This document shows, one piece after another, positions 33,813 to 43,808 of a stretch of 64,000 nucleotides of DNA (the stretch's first letter is position 1; each line of letters begins with the position of its first letter). The DNA comes from a virus. A program made the translations under genes and the position numbers. The stretch lies in IMG/VR virus record IMGVR_UViG_3300048507_000465, positions 1 to 64,000 of that record; one strand, written 5' to 3'. Under the pieces are notes generated by a model. That model did not search any database. It worked only from the letters and a program-made list of their open reading frames with translations, and was not told where the DNA came from.

Positions 33813-35324
33813 ATGGCAGATTTAGATCACCACATATTAGCGGTTGTAGAACCGGCTATATTACCCACAGAGATCAAACTTGATAATTTAGGTGAAGATG
33901 GTGGTGGAGCAAAACAAACTAAAAATATTGGTTCAGTAAAACCCTTTGTTTTAGTTAATTCATATCAGTTTGGACCTGAGGATATTGAATCTTTTGATTT
34001 AGTTTTAAGTGGTATTGTTCCTAAATGTAGTTTAGTTTTAGCTGATAATAAAAACGCATTTGGTGTAGAATCATATCCTAGAGATGGGGATTTCTTTACA
34101 ATATTATTAAATTCAAAACAACAAGAAACTTTTAAGTCAGTTCATATGGATTTTGATATTGCATCAGTAGAAGTCGCTCCGGCAACAGAGGGGACTACTC
34201 CTACTATTACATTAGAAGGTGTATGTAAAGTCCCTAGATTATATGCCGAAGATTGTCAAACTTTAGAATCTGGATCTTCATTAGATCATTTAGAATTAGT
34301 GGCTAGAGATTTAGAATTAGGAGTTGCTACAAATATAGATTCTACTAATGATTCACAATCTAGAATACAAGCGTTTGTAACATATTCTGATTTTATTAAA
34401 TCAATTGTAGAAGATTCATACATTTCCGACGATGCGTTTACAGTTTATCATATAGACCAGTGGTATTATGTTAATTATGTTGATATTAATAAAATATTTA
34501 ATTCTAAAAACCCAAAGCTAGATGAACTAATGACTGTATTAAATTCTTTTGGAGCATCTATGGTCGAGGGCGCTGAAGCTGAAGAGGGTGGTGAAAATAA
34601 GGGTGATAATATTGAAACTCCACTTTTACTAACAAATCATAAAGACATGAAAGGTCTTAATAATTACGTTGAAGGACATGAGATGATTAATAACTCTGCC
34701 TCAGTTAGTTTAGCAGCTGGATACGCTAGAACTGTACAAATATATGATAATAATTCTGAACCTGGAGAAAGATTTCAAGATTTTAAAATAGAAGCACTAA
34801 CAACAGAAGAGCTTTCAGATATTGAAGAACCTTTAAGAGGTAATAGAAAAGATACTAGACATGAAGATCAAGTAAAGTATAAATATATCGGAAGGCAAAA
34901 CGCAGGTGAAGATGGCTTAGGTAATACACATGCTAATGCAGCCTTTTCAAAGCTACATAATAAGCAAAACCAAATGGAAATACAAAAAATGAAAGTTAAA
35001 CTTACTTTAGCTTCATTTAACCCATCGATCTATAAGTATATGAAAATACCTTTATTAATGTATCACTATGATGGTGCTAAAATAGAGGCACAAGCAATAG
35101 GAAATAAAAAGAGAGAAGACGCCGGTTTTTCAGAAAGACCGTTCGGTGCTGGTAGATCTGAGGATACAGATAACCGACCTAGCCAGTCTTTAGATCAATT
35201 TTTAAGTGGACATTATATTATTGAAAATATAGATTATACCTATGCAAAAGGTACTAGTGGTATTAGGCAAGAGGTAACTCTTATTAGAAGAGAATGGCCT
35301 ACAAGAATAAAGAACTTAGAATAA
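33813..35324 (+). CDS. Putative baseplate hub protein (gp27/late-control D-like)
   Basis: Position between the LysM wedge and the spike; C-terminal LSGHYIIENIDYTY....RQEVTLIRR typical of hub proteins. Confidence 0.6.
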   Translation: MADLDHHILAVVEPAILPTEIKLDNLGEDGGGAKQTKNIGSVKPFVLVNSYQFGPEDIESFDLVLSGIVPKCSLVLADNKNAFGVESYPRDGDFFTILLNSKQQETFKSVHMDFDIASVEVAPATEGTTPTITLEGVCKVPRLYAEDCQTLESGSSLDHLELVARDLELGVATNIDSTNDSQSRIQAFVTYSDFIKSIVEDSYISDDAFTVYHIDQWYYVNYVDINKIFNSKNPKLDELMTVLNSFGASMVEGAEAEEGGENKGDNIETPLLLTNHKDMKGLNNYVEGHEMINNSASVSLAAGYARTVQIYDNNSEPGERFQDFKIEALTTEELSDIEEPLRGNRKDTRHEDQVKYKYIGRQNAGEDGLGNTHANAAFSKLHNKQNQMEIQKMKVKLTLASFNPSIYKYMKIPLLMYHYDGAKIEAQAIGNKKREDAGFSERPFGAGRSEDTDNRPSQSLDQFLSGHYIIENIDYTYAKGTSGIRQEVTLIRREWPTRIKNLE

Positions 35325-35328
35325 GAAA

Positions 35329-35338
35329 GATAAATAAT
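35329..35338 (+). promoter_or_regulatory. GATAAATAAT late motif, 12 nt before ATG
   Basis: gataaataat-at-ATG(35341). Confidence 0.65.
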
Positions 35339-35340
35339 AT

Positions 35341-36645
35341 ATGGCTGATTTTACAAAAGGTATTAATGAATTTAGAAAGGGTACACGTCTTCGTAAAATA
35401 AACGAAGATCCTACGTATCTTAGTTTCTTCTTTATGTTCGATGACCAGAGTAGAATGGAGTCTCCTCTTTTATCGGGAGCTGCTAGAGATTATTTAACTA
35501 AAGTGCTTAGATCAGATGAGGGTAATAAATATGCTCAAAATCTAGATAACTTTAAAAAAGTACTTTTTAAAATTAATAAAGAACTGCCTTGGTTTTGGCA
35601 AACAGTTTCCGGGATTGATGCTGCATTGACATACCAAAAAATGATAGAGCCGTGGTGGGGTGCTGCAGATAATAAACTTGAAATTGAATGCTTAGAGGAA
35701 AATATAGAACTAACAGCATTTGGTTTAATGGATTTATATAAGAGAGCTTGTTTTGATTTTACAAGATGGGTTGAAGTAATACCACATAATCTTAGACATT
35801 TTACAATGTACGTTTATATAACTGAAGTTAGAACAATACAACAAGATACTAACGCTCCTAACTTAGGTTTAAGAGATAATCCAGAAAGTGGTAATAATTC
35901 TTCTAGGTCAGCTCCGCCAGAAGGCAAGATTAAGGGAATAAACCCTGAAATGTCTTTAACTGCTAAACCATATATTAAATTAAAATTTGAACATTGTGAG
36001 TTTGATATTGATAGTATCGCATCAATGTTTGCGGATATAAATAAAAACCCTGAGGCTGTAAAACCTAAAATTGCTATTAAGTGGAATAGTGTTAAACAGG
36101 TAGAACAAAAGCTAGGTGATAATTTAATTGTAGAAGAAGATAATAATACAATATCGGATGCAATACCTACTCCTGAAAAATATAATACAACACCACTTGA
36201 CCCTAAAGATTATGTACAAGGTAAATTAGATAGTGCTGTATCTGGTTTTACAGATGCTGCTAAATCTAAATTTGGTAATCTAAAAGATGGTATTGCAGGG
36301 GGTAATAATAGTGAAATAGGTAATGCGTTTGGAGACTCTACCGGCGGATTAACAAGTGCTGCATTAAACGCAGCTGAAGAAAAGCTTTTATCTAAGTTAT
36401 TTATGGGTAATGTCCATGGTGTTAATTTAGGTAATATACAAAACGCTATTAGATCTGGAAGTATAAACGCATTAGGTAGTTTAGTTGGAGATTTAATAGG
36501 AGGCTTTGGAAGTGGATCGTCTAGTGTTGGCGAAAAGGTATATAGCAGTACATTTAATAATGATGAATTAGGAGATGAAAGTGTTTACGAGCCGGGTGTT
36601 GATTCATCTGCTGATGGTAACTTAAACGATAACGTACATGAATAA
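35341..36645 (+). CDS. Putative tail-tube-related/baseplate structural protein
   Basis: Structural block context; WFWQTVSGID, IECLEE, FTMYVYITEVR beta-rich N-half. Confidence 0.5.
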   Translation: MADFTKGINEFRKGTRLRKINEDPTYLSFFFMFDDQSRMESPLLSGAARDYLTKVLRSDEGNKYAQNLDNFKKVLFKINKELPWFWQTVSGIDAALTYQKMIEPWWGAADNKLEIECLEENIELTAFGLMDLYKRACFDFTRWVEVIPHNLRHFTMYVYITEVRTIQQDTNAPNLGLRDNPESGNNSSRSAPPEGKIKGINPEMSLTAKPYIKLKFEHCEFDIDSIASMFADINKNPEAVKPKIAIKWNSVKQVEQKLGDNLIVEEDNNTISDAIPTPEKYNTTPLDPKDYVQGKLDSAVSGFTDAAKSKFGNLKDGIAGGNNSEIGNAFGDSTGGLTSAALNAAEEKLLSKLFMGNVHGVNLGNIQNAIRSGSINALGSLVGDLIGGFGSGSSSVGEKVYSSTFNNDELGDESVYEPGVDSSADGNLNDNVHE

Positions 36646-37354
36646 CGGTGAATTATTTAGAGACAATTTACGTGATGCTCATTGGTTAGGAGAGGTAGTT
36701 GATATTGAAGACCCTCTTCTTCAAGGTAGAGCAAGGGTAAAGGTATATGGTAAATTTGACAAGTTAACAAACGATGCTATTCCATGGGCAACACCACAGA
36801 ATAGAGAGGCTCCTGGTATGCATGTTGTACCTAGAGTTGGTGATATTGTTGCAGTTAGATTTGATAATGGAAATATCTACCACCCAGAATACTGGTTTCA
36901 AGTAGATCAAAACGAAGATTTAAAAGCAGATATTCTAGAAGCTTCAAGTGCTCCACATGATGTTATCTCATTAGTATACGATGCTGAAAGAAATGTAAGA
37001 ATTTACCACTCTCCAGAAGATGGCCTAGTAATTACAAGAGGCGAAGGCGCAAAAGAAAGGCCTATGCTTCAAATCGACGAAGAAGGTTTTATTAAGATCT
37101 CAACGGATGCTAAAATCTTTATGGATTGTGGTGATATATTTGTATCTAATACCGGAGAGGGCGGAGCAGATGAAACTGAACCTGCAGTAAGAGGACAGTC
37201 TTTACAAGATTGGCTACAAGCTTTATTAGATGACTATAATGCACATATACATCCAACAGGTGTCGGACCATCAGGTCCTCCAATGCCTCCTACTCCAGCA
37301 ACAGTAGCAAAACTATCTAGCACTCATATTAACTATCAACAAAAAGGTAAATAA
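36638..37354 (+). CDS. gp5: Baseplate central spike (gp5 N-terminal OB-fold/gpV-like), no lysozyme domain
   Basis: WLGEVVDIEDPLLQGRARVKVYG..IPWATP..VPRVGDIVAVRFDNG..HPEY; C-terminal HIHPTGVGPSGPP (HxH tip motif). Confidence 0.88.
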   Translation: MNNGELFRDNLRDAHWLGEVVDIEDPLLQGRARVKVYGKFDKLTNDAIPWATPQNREAPGMHVVPRVGDIVAVRFDNGNIYHPEYWFQVDQNEDLKADILEASSAPHDVISLVYDAERNVRIYHSPEDGLVITRGEGAKERPMLQIDEEGFIKISTDAKIFMDCGDIFVSNTGEGGADETEPAVRGQSLQDWLQALLDDYNAHIHPTGVGPSGPPMPPTPATVAKLSSTHINYQQKGK

Positions 37355-37356
37355 TT

Positions 37357-39276
37357 ATGCCAGCAAATTGGGGAGCATTTATTCCAGCGTTAGCAAGTAC
37401 ATTACAAAGCCAGAAGTTTACTAAACCAGGTGGAGCTGGTATTTCTTATGAGCTTCCGGTGCAAGATTCTGTAGTTGGAAATCCCGCTAATGCCGTATTA
37501 AAATCTAACCAGGCAGATTATATTAATTCTTTTAATGCTAATCCACTTTCTGGTAGATATGATTTTGGTAAAGAAGTTGCTCAACATTATTTAGACGCTG
37601 TAAAGAATATGGCACAAACTCACGTTGGGGAATTACATATTAATAACGGGGGTGCTGAGACACTTTTAAAAGAAGGGTATGGTATTGCATTCGAAAGACT
37701 TTTAAGAGAGGGAGATATACCTCTACAAGACCAATACGATGAGGATGGTAATCTGATTGAGATGGGTAAAGAGTCTCATCCTGCATATGCTGATTTCTGC
37801 CCAGAGGTTAAAGAACCAGACGCAGAAGCTTTAGCTAAAATTGAAGCTGAAAACACTAAAGCATTTAATGCATTTGCGAATGGTGAAAATATTCAAAACT
37901 ATAATCTACATAAATTTAAGTTTTATCAATTCCCATGCCTGACAGGTGAAGAAACTCAAAGAGAATTAGAAGTTGTCTTTGCTACTAGGATTTTAATGGG
38001 TTATCAGATGATGACTACAGGAGAGCAAAGGTGGGATTACTTTGTTTGGGTTTGTCATTTAGGTAAAGCTAATTATGATACCACTGCTTATTATGGTAAT
38101 TACAGTGGTATACAAGGTAGGCCATACCGTAATATATCTACTAGATGTAGAAACGATATTAATAATGCTGGTTATGAATATACAGAATTAGCTGATAATG
38201 TATCTAAGCTTGCAAAAGATGCCCTTTTAGCAGCACATCCTGTAGCTGAAGATGATGGATATTACATAGGTGTTAGTTCTGCAATAAAAAAGAGAATTAA
38301 AAGAGGCCCAGTAAATGAAATAGAATACCCTACACTAGAGGATGAATCTGGTAAAGATATTACTCCGGATTTTTGTCCTATTAATCCATATAAAATACAA
38401 GTGGCTTATGACTTTGAAGAGGATAGCCAAAGACCTAAGATTCTAACATCGAATGTAGTAGCAACATTTACATATTATCCAGGTACTAGAGAAACTGATG
38501 GTAATTTCGGTTCTAATAACGATGTTCCATTTATTACTAATAACCTAAAATGTGAATTTAGGAAAAATGGGTTGCATTATGAAAAGACTACTAATTGGGT
38601 AAAACAGAAGTATGAGGTTAATGAGTGGAAGAAGAAATGGAGAAGAGTCCCACCTGAAGGTAAATTACTAGCAGCTGCTAGAGCAAGTGATGATCTTAAA
38701 TTTATGGGTAAGTCATCTCCTACTTATGCCTTCTTAGCATTAGGTTGGAATGGTGATAATTTTACTGGAGGAGAAGCCGGAACTCAATATAAGTTTGAGT
38801 ATCATAGAGCATATTGTGCAGTTAAAGCTGCTGAAAATTGTGAAGAACCAATGACTGAAGTCGGACATCCATGGGATCCAAGTGGAACTACTCCTGGTGG
38901 TAAATCATTTAGCGGAGATCCTTATATGATGATGGCAAGAGTTACAATAGCATATTGGTATGCTTGTATTGTTAAACCATTTAAGCCAACCCCATCTGCA
39001 CCACCAGCCCTAATACCAGCACCACTAACAGGAATTTACATTCCAATCTATTATGGAAGTGCAAATCGTCTAGCGAATAATCTGAGAAGAGCTTGGAATA
39101 CAGGTAAATCTTTTGCAACACCTGGAACTCAGGCTCCAGCATCAAATGCAACCGCAACTGCAGTAGCAGGAGCTTATGCGTTACATTTATTAGAGTTTAA
39201 ATTATTATACCTTGGAGGTATACCAACTCCCGCAGGACCAGTTCCGATGGTAGGTTTTGTACCGATTGTATTTTAA
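37357..39276 (+). CDS. Putative spike-associated structural protein
   Basis: 639-aa ORF directly after gp5; Pro-rich C-terminus GGIPTPAGPVP. Confidence 0.55.
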   Translation: MPANWGAFIPALASTLQSQKFTKPGGAGISYELPVQDSVVGNPANAVLKSNQADYINSFNANPLSGRYDFGKEVAQHYLDAVKNMAQTHVGELHINNGGAETLLKEGYGIAFERLLREGDIPLQDQYDEDGNLIEMGKESHPAYADFCPEVKEPDAEALAKIEAENTKAFNAFANGENIQNYNLHKFKFYQFPCLTGEETQRELEVVFATRILMGYQMMTTGEQRWDYFVWVCHLGKANYDTTAYYGNYSGIQGRPYRNISTRCRNDINNAGYEYTELADNVSKLAKDALLAAHPVAEDDGYYIGVSSAIKKRIKRGPVNEIEYPTLEDESGKDITPDFCPINPYKIQVAYDFEEDSQRPKILTSNVVATFTYYPGTRETDGNFGSNNDVPFITNNLKCEFRKNGLHYEKTTNWVKQKYEVNEWKKKWRRVPPEGKLLAAARASDDLKFMGKSSPTYAFLALGWNGDNFTGGEAGTQYKFEYHRAYCAVKAAENCEEPMTEVGHPWDPSGTTPGGKSFSGDPYMMMARVTIAYWYACIVKPFKPTPSAPPALIPAPLTGIYIPIYYGSANRLANNLRRAWNTGKSFATPGTQAPASNATATAVAGAYALHLLEFKLLYLGGIPTPAGPVPMVGFVPIVF

Positions 39277-39686
39277 CCCCAGTCCTTTTCGAAAGTGTAC
39301 CAATGGTCTGCGGACGCACAGTCACGAAGAGCATCAAGAACCATATAAACCTTTTCGTCAATAGTTAGATTGTTTAGAACGGCGCCTACGTGCATCTCAA
39401 TTAGTTCATCAGAGTCAAGGTAAGAAGATACATGTCCAGCAATTCCAGTAACCAATCTATAAGCATTATCTTTTACGCTGTTGTATCTAATACCTGAATG
39501 ATAATCAGTATAAGTATCTACTTCAGATGCTTGTTTAATCATTTTATCCCAGAGTTTATCGCCGAGTAAGTCTCGAACCTCTTGGCAAATAGATTGAATC
39601 TGGTCTTTGTGTTTAAGAACAGCTTGATAGCCTGAACCACCAACCCCGTTACATTTGATTTCTTTATAGTTAAATTGTTTATTCAT
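39273..39686 (-). CDS. Hypothetical protein; only convincing minus-strand gene
   Basis: 137 aa; carries its own inverted copy of the early element. Confidence 0.8.
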   Translation of the reverse strand: MNKQFNYKEIKCNGVGGSGYQAVLKHKDQIQSICQEVRDLLGDKLWDKMIKQASEVDTYTDYHSGIRYNSVKDNAYRLVTGIAGHVSSYLDSDELIEMHVGAVLNNLTIDEKVYMVLDALRDCASADHWYTFEKDWG

Positions 39687-39695
39687 ATTATTTAG

Positions 39696-39760
39696 TTTTA
39701 ATTACAGTACTAATATACGAAAAATAATTGACATAAAAAAATTATTCGGTAATTATTTTG
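39696..39760 (-). promoter_or_regulatory. Repeated early-promoter element, copy 5 (inverted)
   Basis: Reverse complement caaaataattaccgaataatttttttatgtcaattatttttcgtatattagtactgtaattaaaa, 9 nt before the minus-strand ATG. Confidence 0.85.
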
Positions 39761-39835
39761 TAGGAAAAGCCAGCTTTTTTAACGCTGCAGCTAAAATAAA
39801 GGTGATATATATTATGCAGCATTAATTAAAAACAT

Positions 39836-41104
39836 ATGATCGCAAAAAAATTATTTAAGTGGAATCGATTTGACTTACCTATAAAGCATTTATTTTTAAA
39901 GTTTTATAGTAAAGGTATTAAATCTGATTTTGCTGAAAACGCATATAAGGAGCATTTAAAGTTATGGAATAATTTTAAAGAATACGGCAATCCTAATAAA
40001 AACACATACGATGCTTTTAAATCTGATTTTATTAATATTTTTAATGATATAAAAAATAATAATTTTAATTGGGAAAAGTCACCGGTAGTAATAGATAATA
40101 ATGATTTCTTACTAAATGGAGCACATAGAGCTGCATCCGCGAGTTTATTAGAAAAGCATGTTGAGTGTAAAATCGGAAGTGAGTTAAATAGAGATGGTCA
40201 AAAAATATGTGACTATAGAATGTTTAATAACTTAAACCTTTCTCAGCAGTATAAAGACGCTGCTGCATTAGAACTTGCTAGACTTAATTCCGAAGAACAT
40301 CTTATTATTAGTTTATTTCCAGCAGCGACACATAGTAGAACTGTAGTAGAAAATATTATTTCTAAATACTGTGGAATTTCATATAAAAAGGATATATGGC
40401 TTAATAATACAGGTGCGTTTAATTATATGCTTCAACTGTATAAAGGAGAAGCATGGGCAGGAGGTTGGTCAAATAATTTTGCTGGATTTAGAGAGAAGGC
40501 AAGATTATGTTTTACTAATGAAACTACTCCAATGGTAGTTTACTTAGTAAATTTATCTGATTTAAAAATCGCTAGACAACTTAAAGAAGAAATACGAAAA
40601 GTGTATAATATCGGAAACCATTCAGTTCATATTAATGATACTCCTGAAGAAACCTTACGTTTAGCAAGATGTTTATTTAATGAAAATAGTATTCATTTTT
40701 TAAACAATGCAGAATTAAAAAATTATACAAATTTCTTAAATCAATTAGATTATTTTAAAAACAATATAAACGAAAATAATTTAGATATTGAAGATTATTG
40801 TATTACTGCAAGTTCTGTTCTTTCAATATATGGTTTAAGAGAAGGTAACGACATAGATTATATCCACCACGATAACATAAAAATAGAAGGCAACTCTATG
40901 GTTAGTAGCCACAATACTTACGGTGAAAACCTATATCCATATAAATATGATGAAATAATATACAATCCTCAACATCACTTTTATGCGGGTGGTATAAAAT
41001 TCACATCTTTAGATATTGTTAAAAAACTTAAAGAAAAAAGAGGCGAAGAAAAAGACGTAATCGACATAAAATTGATTGATAATTTTTTAAAGAAAATAGG
41101 TTGA
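39836..41104 (+). CDS. Hypothetical enzyme: ParB/Srx-like N-terminus and nucleotidyltransferase-like C-terminus
   Basis: SPVVID...LLNGAHRAAS; SSVLSIYGLREGNDIDY; GATATATA at 39804. Confidence 0.55.
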   Translation: MIAKKLFKWNRFDLPIKHLFLKFYSKGIKSDFAENAYKEHLKLWNNFKEYGNPNKNTYDAFKSDFINIFNDIKNNNFNWEKSPVVIDNNDFLLNGAHRAASASLLEKHVECKIGSELNRDGQKICDYRMFNNLNLSQQYKDAAALELARLNSEEHLIISLFPAATHSRTVVENIISKYCGISYKKDIWLNNTGAFNYMLQLYKGEAWAGGWSNNFAGFREKARLCFTNETTPMVVYLVNLSDLKIARQLKEEIRKVYNIGNHSVHINDTPEETLRLARCLFNENSIHFLNNAELKNYTNFLNQLDYFKNNINENNLDIEDYCITASSVLSIYGLREGNDIDYIHHDNIKIEGNSMVSSHNTYGENLYPYKYDEIIYNPQHHFYAGGIKFTSLDIVKKLKEKRGEEKDVIDIKLIDNFLKKIG

Positions 41105-41149
41105 TATATAATATGTTACTAAGATAGTATAACTTTTAAATAAAAATAA

Positions 41150-42442
41150 ATGTCAGACAAAAAAAGAAGAAGAATTGGCAATGACGCCAATACAGTAGTT
41201 GTAACAGATCCTACTTCAGTTACACAAGAAGAAGCTAACACAAACACTAAAGTTAGCGAAGATCAAGAATCTAAAAACCCACACGCAGAATTTTACGACG
41301 AAAATGGAGAGTTTCTTTGGGAGAAATACGAAGGTACTTGCCCGACTCATTATAGGAAACCAAACCCCCACATTAGGACAAATAACGGAGATAAGGTATT
41401 TTCAAGAGAACCGTATGCACAAGAGCTATACGATAAAATGGAAGCGCACGGCCAGGATATTAAGCCTAATGTTTTTGTAGGTGAAATTCACGCAGGTATA
41501 ATATATGCAATTGATAGTACTTGGATTACTGTTGATATTGGATATAGAGAGTTAGTCTATGTAAAGTTTGGAAAAGAATCTGAAGAAGTTCGACAGTCTT
41601 CTGTTGGTGATGAAACTGCAGTTTTAATTACAGAAACTAAAGGTACATTAACTGGAAGTATTTCAGGTGGTGTTAGACAGAAAACTTTTATGGATCTTAG
41701 AGATGCAATTGAAGAGGGTAGAACTGCATGGATTGGTAAGGTCGATAATATGATTGAGAACGGAGGATATACCGTAAGTGTACAAGGAATTAAATGCTTT
41801 ATGCCAGGTTCTTTAGCAGGTATTAATAAGCTTTCTAATTTTGAATCTATAATTGGAGAAGAATTATATGTAGTTCCGGTTAGTTTTTCACCGGACAGGG
41901 GTACAATAGTAGTATCACATAGGAAATATTTACAGGCGTTAATTCCTACTGAAATAGAAAATTTAAAGCAAACTTTAGAAGAAGAAAAGACTGGTAAAGT
42001 AACAGGTACTGCTAAATACGGAGTATTTGTTGAATTTAGCAAATGCTTAACTGGTATGATTCATAATAATGATTTAGATGAAGAAACTTTAAGTAAGTTT
42101 AAATCAAGAGAAATTAAGCCTGGGGACTCTATTAATTTTAAGGTTAAAGATATTGTTAGTAATACTAAAATAACATTAACTCAAAAGGAAGTTGTAAATG
42201 TTAATCCATGGTTAAATATATCACAAAAATATACAATACCATCTACAGTTGAAGCTATTGTAAAGTCTAAAAAAGATTATGGTTTATTCATAAATATAGA
42301 AGATGGCATTACTGGATTGTTACATGTTAGTGAACTAACACCAGAAACTATGTCGGTATTTAGTTCTGGTGATAAAATTACTGTACAGATTACAAGAATA
42401 GACGAAGATGCTATGAAAGTATTTTTAAAGATGCCTCAATAA
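41150..42442 (+). CDS. rpsA: Phage-encoded ribosomal protein bS1-like protein (4 S1 domains + N-terminal extension)
   Basis: ITVDIGYRE (D1); GGYTVSVQGIKCFMPGS...IVVSHRKYL (D2); GKVTGTAKYGVFVEF..LTGMIH (D3); KDYGLFINIEDGITGLLHVSEL (D4). GATATATAAT at 41103. Confidence 0.85.
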   Translation: MSDKKRRRIGNDANTVVVTDPTSVTQEEANTNTKVSEDQESKNPHAEFYDENGEFLWEKYEGTCPTHYRKPNPHIRTNNGDKVFSREPYAQELYDKMEAHGQDIKPNVFVGEIHAGIIYAIDSTWITVDIGYRELVYVKFGKESEEVRQSSVGDETAVLITETKGTLTGSISGGVRQKTFMDLRDAIEEGRTAWIGKVDNMIENGGYTVSVQGIKCFMPGSLAGINKLSNFESIIGEELYVVPVSFSPDRGTIVVSHRKYLQALIPTEIENLKQTLEEEKTGKVTGTAKYGVFVEFSKCLTGMIHNNDLDEETLSKFKSREIKPGDSINFKVKDIVSNTKITLTQKEVVNVNPWLNISQKYTIPSTVEAIVKSKKDYGLFINIEDGITGLLHVSELTPETMSVFSSGDKITVQITRIDEDAMKVFLKMPQ

Positions 42443-42493
42443 CTATCTAAGAAGAGCTTGATATATATTGAAAGATAATATCATACTCTTAAT

Positions 42494-43807
42494 ATGCAAA
42501 AATTAAACCAAAAGTCAGAAAGAAGCTCGATCCTTAATGGTAGTCAGATAGGGATCGAGTTTGAATTCTATTCTAATTTAGAACTGGATGAGACTAAAGA
42601 GTCTTTATCTAAACTTTTAAATAGAAAAATTAAGCTAGAAGATAAAGCTCATTCTGATTTTCAACCAAGCGCAGAAGTTTTTAAAATGGAGCCGGACATG
42701 TCTGGTGGTATTGGGCTAATTGAATTAGTTACAGGTCCTATGCCGTATAGGAGTGCTAGGGTTGTTATTATGAAAATGTTAGGATGGATTAGAGAGAATG
42801 GTTATACAACTGACCGTGCCTCTATCCACTTAAATATGTCTTTTAACCCAGATTACTTAGAAGACATTGATATGGTTTCTAAAATGAATATTTTAAAGTT
42901 TATTTTAGAATTTGATGAAAAGAGAGTCTATAAATATTTCCCAAATAGAGAGAATTCGACATACGCTAAATCTATTAAATGGGTTATGCCAAAAAACGAA
43001 GCGTTCTATTACAATGAGAACTTAATTAGTTCAGATAACTTTACATTTGCTAATACTAAATATTATGGTATTAACTTTGAAAAGGCACAAAAGAATTATT
43101 TAGAGTTTAGATATATTGGGGGTAAAGATTATGAAAAAAGGTATGATGATATTATGCATCTTGCCGAATCTTTTATTATGGCTGTTTGGAGATCTTGTTA
43201 TAGTCCAGTGTTTACGACTGAGAATAAAATAGAATTAAAAAGGATTTTAGATAAAAATAGACCTCTTATGGAAATGTTAAAAGACTATTCCGCCGTAAAT
43301 AAATATTGGCCTAAGATAAATATATTAGTAGATTTACAAGATGCTGAACAGATTATTAGAGTACAATGGAATAGGTTTAAGAAAAAAGTCTTAGAATTAT
43401 TATCAGAAGGATCTTTAGAATCTGGAACTATTAACTATGACTCCGATTACTCTGTTGTTCAAGTTAAAGATGGTATATTTAAAACTGCTTACTTATTAAA
43501 TGACTTTGAATTTATAGATTGTGAAATCTCAGGTAACATTGAAAACTCGGAAATTTACGGGGGCAAGGTTACAGGAGCACAAATACTTAGATCAAATTTA
43601 TATAAAAGTGTTGAAATTATGGATTCAAAAGTAGAATCATCATACGTACATGGAAGTTGTACTTTAAAAAATTGTTATGTGTTTGGCAAAGACGGTATTT
43701 TTAAAGGTAAAATGGAAGGTGGTATTTTTAGAGAAGGCGGCGTGGGACCTCATGCTAGATTTTCTGATGAGACTGAAGTAATTGTAAGTAAAAAAATTAA
43801 AACATAA
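42494..43807 (+). CDS. Putative amidoligase (COOH-NH2 ligase type 2) with C-terminal beta-helix-like region
   Basis: IGIEFEF, EPDMS, ELVTGP, SIHLNMS, KYYGINF, YLEFRYIGG; GATATATA at 42460. Confidence 0.72.
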   Translation: MQKLNQKSERSSILNGSQIGIEFEFYSNLELDETKESLSKLLNRKIKLEDKAHSDFQPSAEVFKMEPDMSGGIGLIELVTGPMPYRSARVVIMKMLGWIRENGYTTDRASIHLNMSFNPDYLEDIDMVSKMNILKFILEFDEKRVYKYFPNRENSTYAKSIKWVMPKNEAFYYNENLISSDNFTFANTKYYGINFEKAQKNYLEFRYIGGKDYEKRYDDIMHLAESFIMAVWRSCYSPVFTTENKIELKRILDKNRPLMEMLKDYSAVNKYWPKINILVDLQDAEQIIRVQWNRFKKKVLELLSEGSLESGTINYDSDYSVVQVKDGIFKTAYLLNDFEFIDCEISGNIENSEIYGGKVTGAQILRSNLYKSVEIMDSKVESSYVHGSCTLKNCYVFGKDGIFKGKMEGGIFREGGVGPHARFSDETEVIVSKKIKT

Positions 43808-43808
43808 A

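Noticed and set aside
39814-41127. Mini-ORFs MQH* (39814) and MLLR* (41113) right after late motifs, as regulatory uORFs
   Set aside because: Their ATGs lie 10 nt from the motif G, upstream of the inferred +12 start, so they are probably not in the transcript.
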